From Bacteroidales bacterium (GTDB lineage Bacteria > Bacteroidota > Bacteroidia > Bacteroidales > VadinHA17), in assembly GCA_029210565.1 (NCBI GenBank), contig JARGFQ010000001.1, positions 656-64,655 of the forward strand: DNA of 64,000 nt. Direction: 5' to 3'. Every line of letters begins with the position of its first letter. Within the stretch, counting starts at the first letter, position 1. The translations under genes and the position numbers were made by a program. Shown one piece after another: positions 56,901 to 64,000 of this stretch. Below the pieces are notes generated by a model that did not search any database, was not told where the DNA came from, and was given only the letters and a program-made list of their open reading frames with translations.

Positions 56901-58348
56901 TTCAGAGGCTTATAAACCAGCTGCTTGATATCTCGAGGCTCGAGGCGGGAAGCATGAAGCTGCAGGTTTCTGAAGGTCCGCTGCCGGAGTTTGTAAGGTC
57001 AATAGCCGGTTCGTTTGCCTCCCTGGCGGAAGCGAGAGAGATTGATTTCAAAGTTAAGGCAGAGGGGATGGACGGCGACTGCTGGTATGACGCTGACAAG
57101 ATCGATAAGATACTCAATAACCTTCTCTCCAATGCCTTTAAGTTCACTCCTGATGGCGGATCCATTACCGTTGAGCTGAAGAGAGATGTGCCTCGGGGAA
57201 CTGTGGATACGAGGATGGCGGTAATGACAGTCAGCGATACCGGACCGGGAATTGCCAGGGATCATCTGGACCGCATATTCGACCGGTTCTACCAGGTAGA
57301 CAGCAGTGATGTAAGAGACAAAGAGGGAACAGGCATAGGCCTGGCACTTACCCGTGAGCTTGTGAATCTTATGAACGGCGACATAACAGTGGAGAGCGAA
57401 CCCGGCAGGGGGACAATATTTACCGTCACCTTCCCTGTAAGTAGGGAGAGTTTTAATGAAGAGGAGATAGCTGTAACCGGAACAGAACAGAGTGATCCTG
57501 GCGGACGGATACCGGCGGAGGAAGGACCGGAAGCGATTGAAGCCGTGCAGAATGCTGAGGTGATAACCGGGGCGGCGACAGGCATGAAGGATAAGGATGA
57601 ATACGAGGTGATCCTGGTGGTTGAGGACAATGAAGACCTGCGGCACTACATAAAAAGCCTGGTGTCAGAAAAGTACACCGTTGTGGAGGCTGTCAACGGA
57701 GGCGCCGGACTGGAAAAGGCCATTGAGATCATTCCCGACCTGGTGATCACTGATATCATGATGCCGGTGATGGATGGCATGGAGATGTGCAAAAGGCTGA
57801 AGGCCCATCCTGCCACCAGCCACATACCGGTTATCATGCTTACTGCCAGGGCAGACAGGGAGAGTATGATCAAAGGAATGGAGGCAGCGGCTGATGACTA
57901 TATTGTGAAGCCCTTTGATTCGGGACTGATGAAGGCCAGGGTAAGGAACCTGATCACTCAACGCAGGGAATTACGCAAAAGTTTTGAGAAAGAGTTCCTG
58001 ATGGATTCCGATTCAAAGGAGACCGCCTCGCCGCTGTTCATTATGCTGCGTGAGATCATGAAAGTCTTTGATAAGCACCTGTCAGAACCTGATTTTAATA
58101 TTGAGATGCTAGGTAAAGAACTGAATATGAGCCGGTCACAGCTATTCAGGAAGGTTCATGCCATAACCGGTAGCACTCCGATGGAGCTCCTCCGTCTGGT
58201 ACGCATGAAGCATGCTGCCCGGCTGTTGCGATCAGGAACGATGAATATTTCCCAGGTTACCTATGCTATCGGACTGCAGAATACCTCTCACTTTGCATCT
58301 GCCTTCCGGAAATATTTCGGAGTAAGCCCCTCGGATTACGGAAAATAG
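53972..58348 (+). CDS. Hybrid two-component system regulator (periplasmic beta-propeller/Y_Y_Y sensor, HisKA-HATPase, receiver, AraC HTH)
   Basis: 1458 aa. H-box FFTNISHEFRTPLTLV, G-boxes DTGPGI/GTGIGLAL, receiver ILVVEDNEDL...DIMMPVMDG..., C-terminal AraC-type HTH. The start may be one of the internal Met codons. Confidence 0.88.
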   Translation: MLICPVLNLNRSIQMQDKWAHNVICRIGMALLLVLVVRFSISTAVRAQPSSWDITYFSTEDGLSSNHVNCVTKDSRGFIWVGTDNGLNRFDGYTFITLRLPSGALHPLSALKVLTVMEDSDSILWIGTSDGLFRYAPVNPLSDIRQYRYLEKPETHTYRFFQPVWEICEDKNGLFWLICMDPDEGVPGDIRTFDRVTETFRCIYPDSSFTLEEDDTVMRSIATQIYSDSRGDLWIGALTGLYRYDFETGSFERFIPFQESPKPYISWIIRIYEDRFGNFWTSGIYGLSLFDRENHTFGKHIPLEVKQTWREGFHSVVYAFGEDSNGYLWLRVNQSLMRLMHQPEALPATESIEGYETDFTVVEINPEFSFFLESPWLAWLGVPDRGLCCITVRRNEFQTIKPTSLNVSGVNDRDMVHSLYIDINDKIWISNDGAENVANYDIANDRLNLYRIFPGESVDDMETDENSDLWFASRYGNIARATVAGKGAISFTSYHPDLKNPAAMTPRHEIYAQRKGEASTHMWEHLLYKERDGTLWFNSGRGIHDRYDRETGGFIHLDHRTAGYVNNDTCVEAAVAGEIWFPSSEGLLRLLPPFSKSDAHTLTPEATILYRNVPGDDSSLSSDWVRAIHFSRYYEPGTMWIATIRGGLNRMVTTPIAGSGRHEVHFRHYTIADGLCDNNVLGIIEDHRGYLWLSTLNGLSRFDPRTEQFHSFYRKDGLPTNSFGWADPSMNSSGELFFPTEAGVLWFHPDSIRINSEVPPVFITGFRIYNEPVYPGDKSPLQKEITETQSVELTSRQNFLSFEFAALNFENPGRNHYRYLLEGFERDWTYSESRRYVEYKNLKPGSYTFKVQGSNNSGVWNEEGASLAIVIRYPPWQTWWAYIIYFLILAGMLLWYRRFLMNRERLRAAVEVERAEKEKIRAIDTFRSRFFTNISHEFRTPLTLVAGPLEDSLRTGAETVPVGKIVLQSMLRNTRRLQRLINQLLDISRLEAGSMKLQVSEGPLPEFVRSIAGSFASLAEAREIDFKVKAEGMDGDCWYDADKIDKILNNLLSNAFKFTPDGGSITVELKRDVPRGTVDTRMAVMTVSDTGPGIARDHLDRIFDRFYQVDSSDVRDKEGTGIGLALTRELVNLMNGDITVESEPGRGTIFTVTFPVSRESFNEEEIAVTGTEQSDPGGRIPAEEGPEAIEAVQNAEVITGAATGMKDKDEYEVILVVEDNEDLRHYIKSLVSEKYTVVEAVNGGAGLEKAIEIIPDLVITDIMMPVMDGMEMCKRLKAHPATSHIPVIMLTARADRESMIKGMEAAADDYIVKPFDSGLMKARVRNLITQRRELRKSFEKEFLMDSDSKETASPLFIMLREIMKVFDKHLSEPDFNIEMLGKELNMSRSQLFRKVHAITGSTPMELLRLVRMKHAARLLRSGTMNISQVTYAIGLQNTSHFASAFRKYFGVSPSDYGK

Positions 58349-58418
58349 GGCAGGGGACCTTTCCCTGCACGTTCAGATTGTGGTGAAATAAAAATCGCTA
58401 CACATTAAGAAATAAAGG

Positions 58419-59351
58419 CTAAGAAATTTTTAAGTTGTGGAGACGCATTTCCAATAACTCAAGGTATTTTTCTTTCATACCCTCTGACAAGAAACTTGAA
58501 TTGATAAGGTATTTCCATACTGGAATTGCAGATGATACGGTTTCAAGAACTTTATCAACACTTTTAGTTGTTAATTCACACCTTTCCAGTCCATAGTATT
58601 TTACAAGTATTTCATATGTTAAATGCTTCTTCTTGCCTTTTAGAGGTAATGCAATCTCCTCATCAGGTTTCTGATACTCTATGGTGGTATTGAGAAGGTC
58701 ATAACATGGCGATAATTTAACCTTTCCGTCTTTAGTTATGATAGAAAAGTTTTTGAGATGCTGGTCATCATTTCCAATTATGTAGTTAAATATGACCAGC
58801 TTGAACAGAATAAGCTTTTCGATTGCAGGGAAAGTACAGAATTTATTAATTACACCGACAACCTTTTCCATACTATACTCGTATTTTGTATCCCGACTAA
58901 GTCCTGCCAATTGAGCAAAATCTTCAACAGGTATTTTGTTGTTTTGACCTTTCCTGTCAAATCGCTTGATAAAATATGTCAGAGAATTGTCTTTTGACCA
59001 TAATAAACCATGAAGTGGGATTTCCAAACCAATCTCACTTGCAAGCTTCATTGTGAGGTCTTCATTCTCTGGCATTTCAGGGAAAAATTGATGTTGAGGT
59101 TTAAGAATATATCTTCCACCTGTATCAACAATTTCGATTTTTTTTTCTTTAATATTTAATCTGGCACTCAGTTTTGGCTGAATACCCTGTATTGACATCT
59201 TAGAAGCACGGTTAAAAGCTTCTTGCCTTTGTTCTTCTGCTGTATACTCAAGGTCTTTAAGTGAAACCAATTCAGTTGAAAGTAATTTAAGTCCTGCATC
59301 ACTGTAACGGTTATCTCCACAAGGATTATATGTTATCGGGCAGTGATTCAT
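58419..59351 (-). CDS. HipA-family Ser/Thr kinase toxin lacking the N-terminal subdomain (HipT-like)
   Basis: 310 aa. Gly-rich loop SIQGIQPKL, catalytic loop GNDDQHLKNFS. AT-rich codon usage. Its start overlaps the stop of the upstream gene (ATGA-type, 4 nt). Confidence 0.8.
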   Translation of the reverse strand: MNHCPITYNPCGDNRYSDAGLKLLSTELVSLKDLEYTAEEQRQEAFNRASKMSIQGIQPKLSARLNIKEKKIEIVDTGGRYILKPQHQFFPEMPENEDLTMKLASEIGLEIPLHGLLWSKDNSLTYFIKRFDRKGQNNKIPVEDFAQLAGLSRDTKYEYSMEKVVGVINKFCTFPAIEKLILFKLVIFNYIIGNDDQHLKNFSIITKDGKVKLSPCYDLLNTTIEYQKPDEEIALPLKGKKKHLTYEILVKYYGLERCELTTKSVDKVLETVSSAIPVWKYLINSSFLSEGMKEKYLELLEMRLHNLKIS

Positions 59352-59662
59352 TTTTCTGCTTCTTTGACTGTTACAGCACCAACCATGTCATCGCCAACAG
59401 CGATTAACTGAGAAAAATAATCATACTTATCAATTTTCTTTAATTTCAATAAACCGTCCAATTGAATTCCTTCGGGTAATAATCCCTCAAAAAATGGTGG
59501 AAACATATCGAATTTATAAACCTTTTCTTTCAGTGGCATTGTTCTGGATACTTCAAGACCATCATAGCCATCAAGGTACTCAAACAGATACTCCTTTCCC
59601 CGTACAACTTCAGTCAGAGTCCCGGCTTCTTTTCCCTTTACATATACTTTAGCCTTTCTCAT
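59348..59662 (-). CDS. HipA N-terminal-subdomain protein (HipS-like)
   Basis: 104 aa. ...AGTLTE...YLFEYLDGYDG...PPFFEGLLPEG... resembles the N-terminal subdomain of full-length HipA. Confidence 0.75.
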   Translation of the reverse strand: MRKAKVYVKGKEAGTLTEVVRGKEYLFEYLDGYDGLEVSRTMPLKEKVYKFDMFPPFFEGLLPEGIQLDGLLKLKKIDKYDYFSQLIAVGDDMVGAVTVKEAEK

Positions 59663-59891
59663 TTCCTCGATTTATCAGATTATCCACTAATGGACTTGTT
59701 AATACAATCTTTATGTTTAACACCTTCAGGATCTTTCGTAAAGTGTTCAATTGGACGGATTCCTTGCCTTTTTCAATATCGTAAATCACGGTCTTCCCAA
59801 CTCCCGCAAGTTCTGCTAACTGGATACGGCTTAGTTTGGCTGCCTTTCGATGCAACCTGATTACTTCTGCTAATTTCTGGAATTGTTCCAT
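59649..59891 (-). CDS. XRE-family helix-turn-helix protein (HipB-like)
   Basis: 80 aa. ...IRLHRKAAKLSRIQLAELAGVGKTVIYDIEKGK... Overlaps the HipS-like gene by 14 nt. Confidence 0.75.
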   Translation of the reverse strand: MEQFQKLAEVIRLHRKAAKLSRIQLAELAGVGKTVIYDIEKGKESVQLNTLRKILKVLNIKIVLTSPLVDNLINRGNEKG

Positions 59892-59954
59892 TACTTACCT
59901 TTATAGCGGTAAAATTAAGTGTTTTATTTAAAAATAACAAGCAATTGACGAATA

Positions 59955-59974
59955 TTTACTGTCATGGCAGTAAA
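59955..59974. promoter_or_regulatory. 20-bp near-perfect palindrome upstream of the HTH gene (operator candidate)
   Basis: TTTACTGtCATGgCAGTAAA, 64-83 nt upstream of the ATG at 59891. Confidence 0.4.
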
Positions 59975-60327
59975 AAATGGCATTTACCATCAAGCTGTAC
60001 CGCCAAAAAAGAAAACACAAACTATTCCGTAGGTTTTAGTTACTCAGAAGTCAAAAGAAAAATTATTAAGCCTGAGTTCACAGAAAAATGAATTTTCGAT
60101 ACCAGATCAATTGGATTATGCACAATCAACGGCTTTGCTAAATACGTATTTGCAATCTTCTGTTGATTCGGCAATTGCCATTTACAAATCACATAAAGCG
60201 GAAGCTTATAACAACTATAATGGATATTTCAAAATTGCTCCTGGAACTGTCAAATTAGAAATCTACATATTTTATTTAATGCATTGGCAACGTGTTCGAT
60301 GAAAACACGGCACCAAATTCGTCAACA

Positions 60328-60362
60328 GAAAAAAATCCTGCAAACTCTTGATTTGCAGGATT
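60328..60362 (-). terminator. Intrinsic terminator of ssrA
   Basis: On the minus strand: AATCCTGCAAA-tcaagag-TTTGCAGGATT followed by TTTTTTT. Confidence 0.8.
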
Positions 60363-60398
60363 AGGTCTCTATAACTCACATAAAATGAGTTATTCAAG

Positions 60399-60792
60399 TG
60401 GAGCTGGCGGGGATCGAACCCGCGTCCAAACAAGGCGACCATATGCTTTCTACATGCTTATCCTGCCTTGATTGTCGGGAGTGACCAGGTGGCAGACATC
60501 CGAATCACTCCTTATCTCCTGTTATTTCACCGTCAGGCCGGAGAGACCATCGGGCAATCCCTGAATTGCGTGCGCTTCCTTATCGGGTTGGTACAGGGCA
60601 TCACCGCCCGGGAAACGTCTCGTCCCAGCACCTGGTGCCGAGATAAAGCATAACCTACTTAGTTCGGTTACGCAGCAAGAGCGTAGTTATTCTCGCCAGT
60701 TGTTGTTTTGTGACACAGGTTATAGAGTAGCGTCACCACCCTCTGCATGCTTACATACCACCGCGGCTTGCTGTCTAAACCAGATCAGCCCC
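60399..60792 (-). ncRNA. ssrA: tmRNA (transfer-messenger RNA)
   Basis: On the minus strand the 5' end is GGGGCTGATCTGGTTTAGACAGC... and the 3' end is ...GCGGGTTCGATCCCCGCCAGCTCCA (tRNA-Ala-like acceptor/T-arm). The internal tag frame GGC GAG AAT AAC TAC GCT CTT GCT GCG TAA encodes GENNYALAA* (60697-60668). Confidence 0.93.
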
Positions 60793-60904
60793 ATGGTACT
60801 GTAATAACAACGCAAAATTACACATAATTACGTTGCCGTGATAAATATATGCTCAAAAATCGGGCCGAATTCTTATCTTCACACCACTACTCAAACAGAA
60901 TGAT

Positions 60905-62137
60905 ATGGAAAAGAGAGTGAAGATAGGGATACTCAGGGAGACGAAGATCCCGCCGGACAGAAGGGTGCCGCTGACACCCTCGCAGGTGGTTGAACTGAAG
61001 GAGAATTACCCGTTCGTCGATTTCTTCGTGCAACCCTCAGACATAAGATGCTACAGTGATGAAGAGTATAGATATCTGAAGATCCCGCTGAGGGAAGACC
61101 TGGGAAACTGCGATATTCTCATGGGTGTAAAGGAGGTTGACCGCAGGGTCCTGATACCGGGGAAAATATACCTTTTCTTTGCCCATGTGGCGAAGAAACA
61201 GGAACATAACCTGGAACTGCTGCGCGAGATACTGAACAGGAAGATAAGGCTGATAGACTATGAGTATCTCACCACCGACAAGGGACAGCGGGTTGTTGCC
61301 TTCGGCAGGTGGGCAGGTATCGTCGGGGCATATAACGCACTCAGGGCGCGTGGCATCAAAACCAACAGGTTCAAGCTCAAGCCTGCATACCAGTGCCGTG
61401 ATCTCGACGAGATGTGGGCAGGGCTCAGGCTGATACGTCTCAAGCCGGGACTGAAGATCCTTGTCACCGGGGAGGGCCGTGTAGCTTCAGGAGCCATGGA
61501 GACGCTCGGTAACTGCCACGGCCTGATGAACGTGTCGCCGGAGGATTTCCTCTCCCGCGAGTATGATGTGCCGGTCGTCTGCCAGATAGGGCCGCAGCAC
61601 TACGTTAAGCACACTGACGGCCGTCCGTTTGACTTCAACAACTTCGTACAGCATCCGGAAGATTATGTTTCTGACTTCCTGAAATATACAAAGGTGACGG
61701 ATGTGCTTGTCGCGGCTCACTTCTGGGACCCGAAGTCGCCCGTCTTCTTCACCCGTGAGGAGGTGGAGAAACCTGATTTCAGAATCTCGGTCATAGGTGA
61801 TATCAGCTGCGACATCGACGGTCCCATACCCACCACCATCAGGGCCACAACCATCGCTGAACCTTTCTACAGCTACAACCGTACCCGTCATTGCGAGGAG
61901 GAGGCCTTCAGGCATCCTGACAACATCACTGTGATGTCAATCGATAACCTCCCCGGCGAGCTGCCACGGGATGCCTCCAGCGACTTCGGCAAGCAGCTCA
62001 TGGGGCATGTGCTTCACGATCTCTTCACTGACAATGACTCCCCGATGCTGCAGCGTGCCACCATCACCAGCGGAGGCACCCTGGAGCCGCAATACAGTTA
62101 TCTCACCGATTGGGTCAGGGGAGGAGGGGGCCAATGA
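60905..62137 (+). CDS. AlaDH/PNT-fold NAD(P)-dependent dehydrogenase (saccharopine/alanine dehydrogenase-like)
   Basis: 410 aa. The N-terminus KIGILRETKIPPDRRVPLTPSQV is typical of the AlaDH/PNT N-domain, and a Rossmann-like region ILVTGEGRVASGA follows. Confidence 0.55.
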   Translation: MEKRVKIGILRETKIPPDRRVPLTPSQVVELKENYPFVDFFVQPSDIRCYSDEEYRYLKIPLREDLGNCDILMGVKEVDRRVLIPGKIYLFFAHVAKKQEHNLELLREILNRKIRLIDYEYLTTDKGQRVVAFGRWAGIVGAYNALRARGIKTNRFKLKPAYQCRDLDEMWAGLRLIRLKPGLKILVTGEGRVASGAMETLGNCHGLMNVSPEDFLSREYDVPVVCQIGPQHYVKHTDGRPFDFNNFVQHPEDYVSDFLKYTKVTDVLVAAHFWDPKSPVFFTREEVEKPDFRISVIGDISCDIDGPIPTTIRATTIAEPFYSYNRTRHCEEEAFRHPDNITVMSIDNLPGELPRDASSDFGKQLMGHVLHDLFTDNDSPMLQRATITSGGTLEPQYSYLTDWVRGGGGQ

Positions 62138-63279
62138 TGCGCATTGTCATCTGCGGTCCGGCTCATCCCTACCGTGGCGGCATAGCAGCATACAATGAGA
62201 GGCTGGCACAGCAGTTCCTCCAGGAGGGAGATGCTGCGGCCATCTATACCTTCAAGCTGCAGTATCCTGCTTTGCTCTTCCCGGGCAAGACACAGTATGA
62301 TGTGGGTTATGCCCCGCAGGGTGTGACCATCACCCGGGCTATCAACTCGGTCAACCCGCTGAACTGGTTCACCATCGGGATGCGCCTGAGACGTACGCGA
62401 CCCGACCTGATCATACTGCGTTACTGGCTTCCTTTTCTGGCGCCGGCGCTCGGTTTCATAGCACGAATAGTGAGAACCAACAGGCATACCAGGATAGTCA
62501 CCATCTTCGACAATGTGATCCCTCATGAGAAACACTTCGGCGACAGGATGCTGACGAAGTTCTTCGTGAAGAGCATACACGGCGCGCTGGTGATGACGAA
62601 GGCTGTGGAGCGTGACCTGAGGCAGTTCAGCCTGAGGATGCCATGCGTCATATCTCCCCACCCGCTCTTCGATAACTACAGTGAGCCAGTGTCACGGGCT
62701 GAGGCGCTGGTGCGACTGAAGCTCTGTGCGGCTGAAAAGTACATACTCTTCTTTGGATTCATCAGGGAATACAAGGGACTTGACCTGCTGATAGAAGCGA
62801 TGGCTGAGCCTGCTGTCAGAAGCCTCGGGATCAAACTTATTATTGCAGGTGAATTTTATGAGGATGAGAAGATATATTTTGATCTTATTCATCAGCATGA
62901 TCTTGCCGGCAGCATAATATTCCACTCCCACTTCATCAGCGATGAGGAGGTGCGGTACTACTTCTCTGCTGCCTCACTGGTAGTGCAGCCTTACCGTTCT
63001 GCCACACAGAGCGGCGTTACACAGGTGGCCTATCATTTCAACAAGCCTATGGTCGTTACCAACGTCGGGGGTCTTGCCGAGATAGTACCTGACGGTGTCT
63101 GCGGCTATGTTGTTAACCCGGAACCGGGAGCAATAGCAAGGGCCATTGCGGATTTCTTCAACGGCGACGAGGAGAGGTTCAAAGAGGGTATCATAGAGCA
63201 GAAGAAGCTCTATACATGGGAGAGGATGACGGAAGCACTACGCACCCTATCGTGGGACACGCAACGCAGGAGGGAGTGA
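62134..63279 (+). CDS. Glycosyltransferase, GT4/GT-B fold
   Basis: MMRIVICGPAHPYRGGIA... The C-terminal ...QPYRSATQSGV...VTNVGGLAEIV... is an E-x7-E-region-like motif. The ATG at 62134 overlaps the preceding stop. Confidence 0.75.
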   Translation: MMRIVICGPAHPYRGGIAAYNERLAQQFLQEGDAAAIYTFKLQYPALLFPGKTQYDVGYAPQGVTITRAINSVNPLNWFTIGMRLRRTRPDLIILRYWLPFLAPALGFIARIVRTNRHTRIVTIFDNVIPHEKHFGDRMLTKFFVKSIHGALVMTKAVERDLRQFSLRMPCVISPHPLFDNYSEPVSRAEALVRLKLCAAEKYILFFGFIREYKGLDLLIEAMAEPAVRSLGIKLIIAGEFYEDEKIYFDLIHQHDLAGSIIFHSHFISDEEVRYYFSAASLVVQPYRSATQSGVTQVAYHFNKPMVVTNVGGLAEIVPDGVCGYVVNPEPGAIARAIADFFNGDEERFKEGIIEQKKLYTWERMTEALRTLSWDTQRRRE

Positions 63280-63325
63280 GGAGTGAGAATTAAGGAGTAA
63301 GAATTAAGAATTAAGAATTGGGAGG
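63273..63325. repeat. Tract with 7-nt periodicity: (GGAGTGA)x2 GAATTAA GGAGTAA (GAATTAA)x2 GAATTGG, beginning on the stop codon of the GT4 gene
   Basis: Read directly from ggagtgaggagtgagaattaaggagtaagaattaagaattaagaattgg. Confidence 0.8.
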
Positions 63326-63421
63326 GGTTAGCTGCTGTAATGCCTTGGTATTTAGTATATTAATACTCGAGGCTATGCATTATTCAGGGCTCACCCGCCT
63401 GATAACAGGAGGGAGAAACCT

Positions 63422-64000
63422 TCAGGCTTTTAGGTTGAGGCGTTCCCCTACCAGGTAGCGGTTGCGGTCCGAGGAGCGGCGGTTGACAAGCTCCGCAAGA
63501 AAGCCGGTAAGGAAGAGAAATGACCCTATTATCATCACAGCAAGTGCTATGTAAAAATAGGGACTGTCGGTCACCAGCGGTGCCTTTAGGCCCTGATGGA
63601 TAAACACTAGCTTACGTATGCCGAGGTATGCCGCCATGATGAATCCCGCGAGGAACATGAGCGAGCCCATGGTGCCGAAGAGATGCATTGGACTCTTGCC
63701 GAAGCGGGTGATGAAGCTGATGGTCAGCATGTCAAGATAACCCTTCAGAAACCTGTCAAAACCGTATTTGGTAACCCCATATTTACGGGCGCGGTGCTGC
63801 ACTACCTTCTCGCCTATGTTCCTGAAGCCAGCCTCCACCGCCAGCATGGGTATGTAACGGTGCATCTCGCCGTAGACCTCGATGCTCCTGACCACCTCTC
63901 CGTCATAGGCCTTCAGCCCGCAGTTGAAGTCGTGCAGCCTTATGCCCGAGAACTTCCTGGCAGTGTAGTTGTAAAGCTTCGAGGTTGTCTTTTTGATGAA
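63422..64000 (-). CDS. GT2-family glycosyltransferase (polyprenyl-phosphate sugar transferase-like), C-terminal part; 5' end lies outside the window
   Basis: The frame is open to nt 64000: ...RKFSGIRLHDFNCGLKAYDGEVVRSIEVYGEMHRYIP..., followed by two C-terminal TM helices. Confidence 0.75.
   Translation of the reverse strand, partial: FIKKTTSKLYNYTARKFSGIRLHDFNCGLKAYDGEVVRSIEVYGEMHRYIPMLAVEAGFRNIGEKVVQHRARKYGVTKYGFDRFLKGYLDMLTISFITRFGKSPMHLFGTMGSLMFLAGFIMAAYLGIRKLVFIHQGLKAPLVTDSPYFYIALAVMIIGSFLFLTGFLAELVNRRSSDRNRYLVGERLNLKA

Noticed and set aside
60111-60302. 63-aa + strand ORF (TTG start) in the islet
   Set aside because: The open frame extends upstream to about 60034 without an ATG. There is no motif and the composition is AT-rich. 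It is more likely a gene remnant than a functional CDS.
58349-60398. The TA islet as a bona fide integrated mobile element at ssrA
   Set aside because: There is no integrase, recombinase or transposase ORF. I could find no repeat of the tmRNA 3' end at the distal boundary. The ssrA terminator also lies between the tmRNA and the islet. I report it as a compositional islet only.
60468-60653. 61-aa + strand ORF
   Set aside because: It lies entirely within, and antisense to, the tmRNA gene.
62098-62661. 187-aa minus-strand ORF
   Set aside because: It is antisense to the GT4 glycosyltransferase and the end of the dehydrogenase gene. It is a shadow frame.

Overview
This looks like a chromosomal segment of a Bacteroidota genome. 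Supporting features are a SusC/SusD pair, a hybrid two-component regulator with an AraC tail, a DUF5103/T9SS-type protein, and a tmRNA encoding the tag GENNYALAA. In order, the window holds: a partial DUF5103 gene; a complete nqrABCDEF operon plus apbE, with a convergent Cys-rich mini-protein; nhaC; housekeeping genes (yqgE-like, holA, an AMP-nucleosidase-like gene, an HsdR_N-domain protein, a NUDIX fusion); an alpha/beta hydrolase; a PhoR/PhoB-like two-component pair; a DoxX and Tat-oxidoreductase pair; a FadL-like outer-membrane protein; and nagA. Next comes a 12-kb minus-strand gene array that joins SusC/SusD and a BACON lipoprotein to a metallophosphatase, GDPD, a HAD phosphatase, GlpT and GlpD, with a divergent DeoR/GlpR regulator. 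After that come a GHL10-DUF1343(NamZ) fusion plus a MurNAc-L-Ala amidase; two small coiled-coil proteins followed by a relic of an amidase 3' end; a nitroreductase-like protein; a PiT phosphate transporter; a nikR-led FecCD-type ABC locus; a propeller lipoprotein with its hybrid regulator; an AT-rich islet carrying a three-gene HipB/HipS/HipT-like toxin-antitoxin module next to ssrA; and glycosyltransferases. I saw no rRNA, tRNA, CRISPR array, transposase or integrase. Four points stand out. (1) Several genes (susC, the metallophosphatase, the ABC binding protein and permease, and an amidase copy) have lost their core parts to internal deletions or in-frame stops. (2) The phosphodiester-centred PUL sits next to peptidoglycan-salvage genes, which suggests scavenging of Gram-positive cell wall or teichoic acid. 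(3) The split-HipA TA islet lies beside tmRNA. (4) There are recurring 11-bp-phased TGTTACA direct repeats (pho-box-like), and tracts with 7-nt periodicity immediately after stop codons. All functional calls rest on reading the translated ORFs and on motif recognition; no database search was run.
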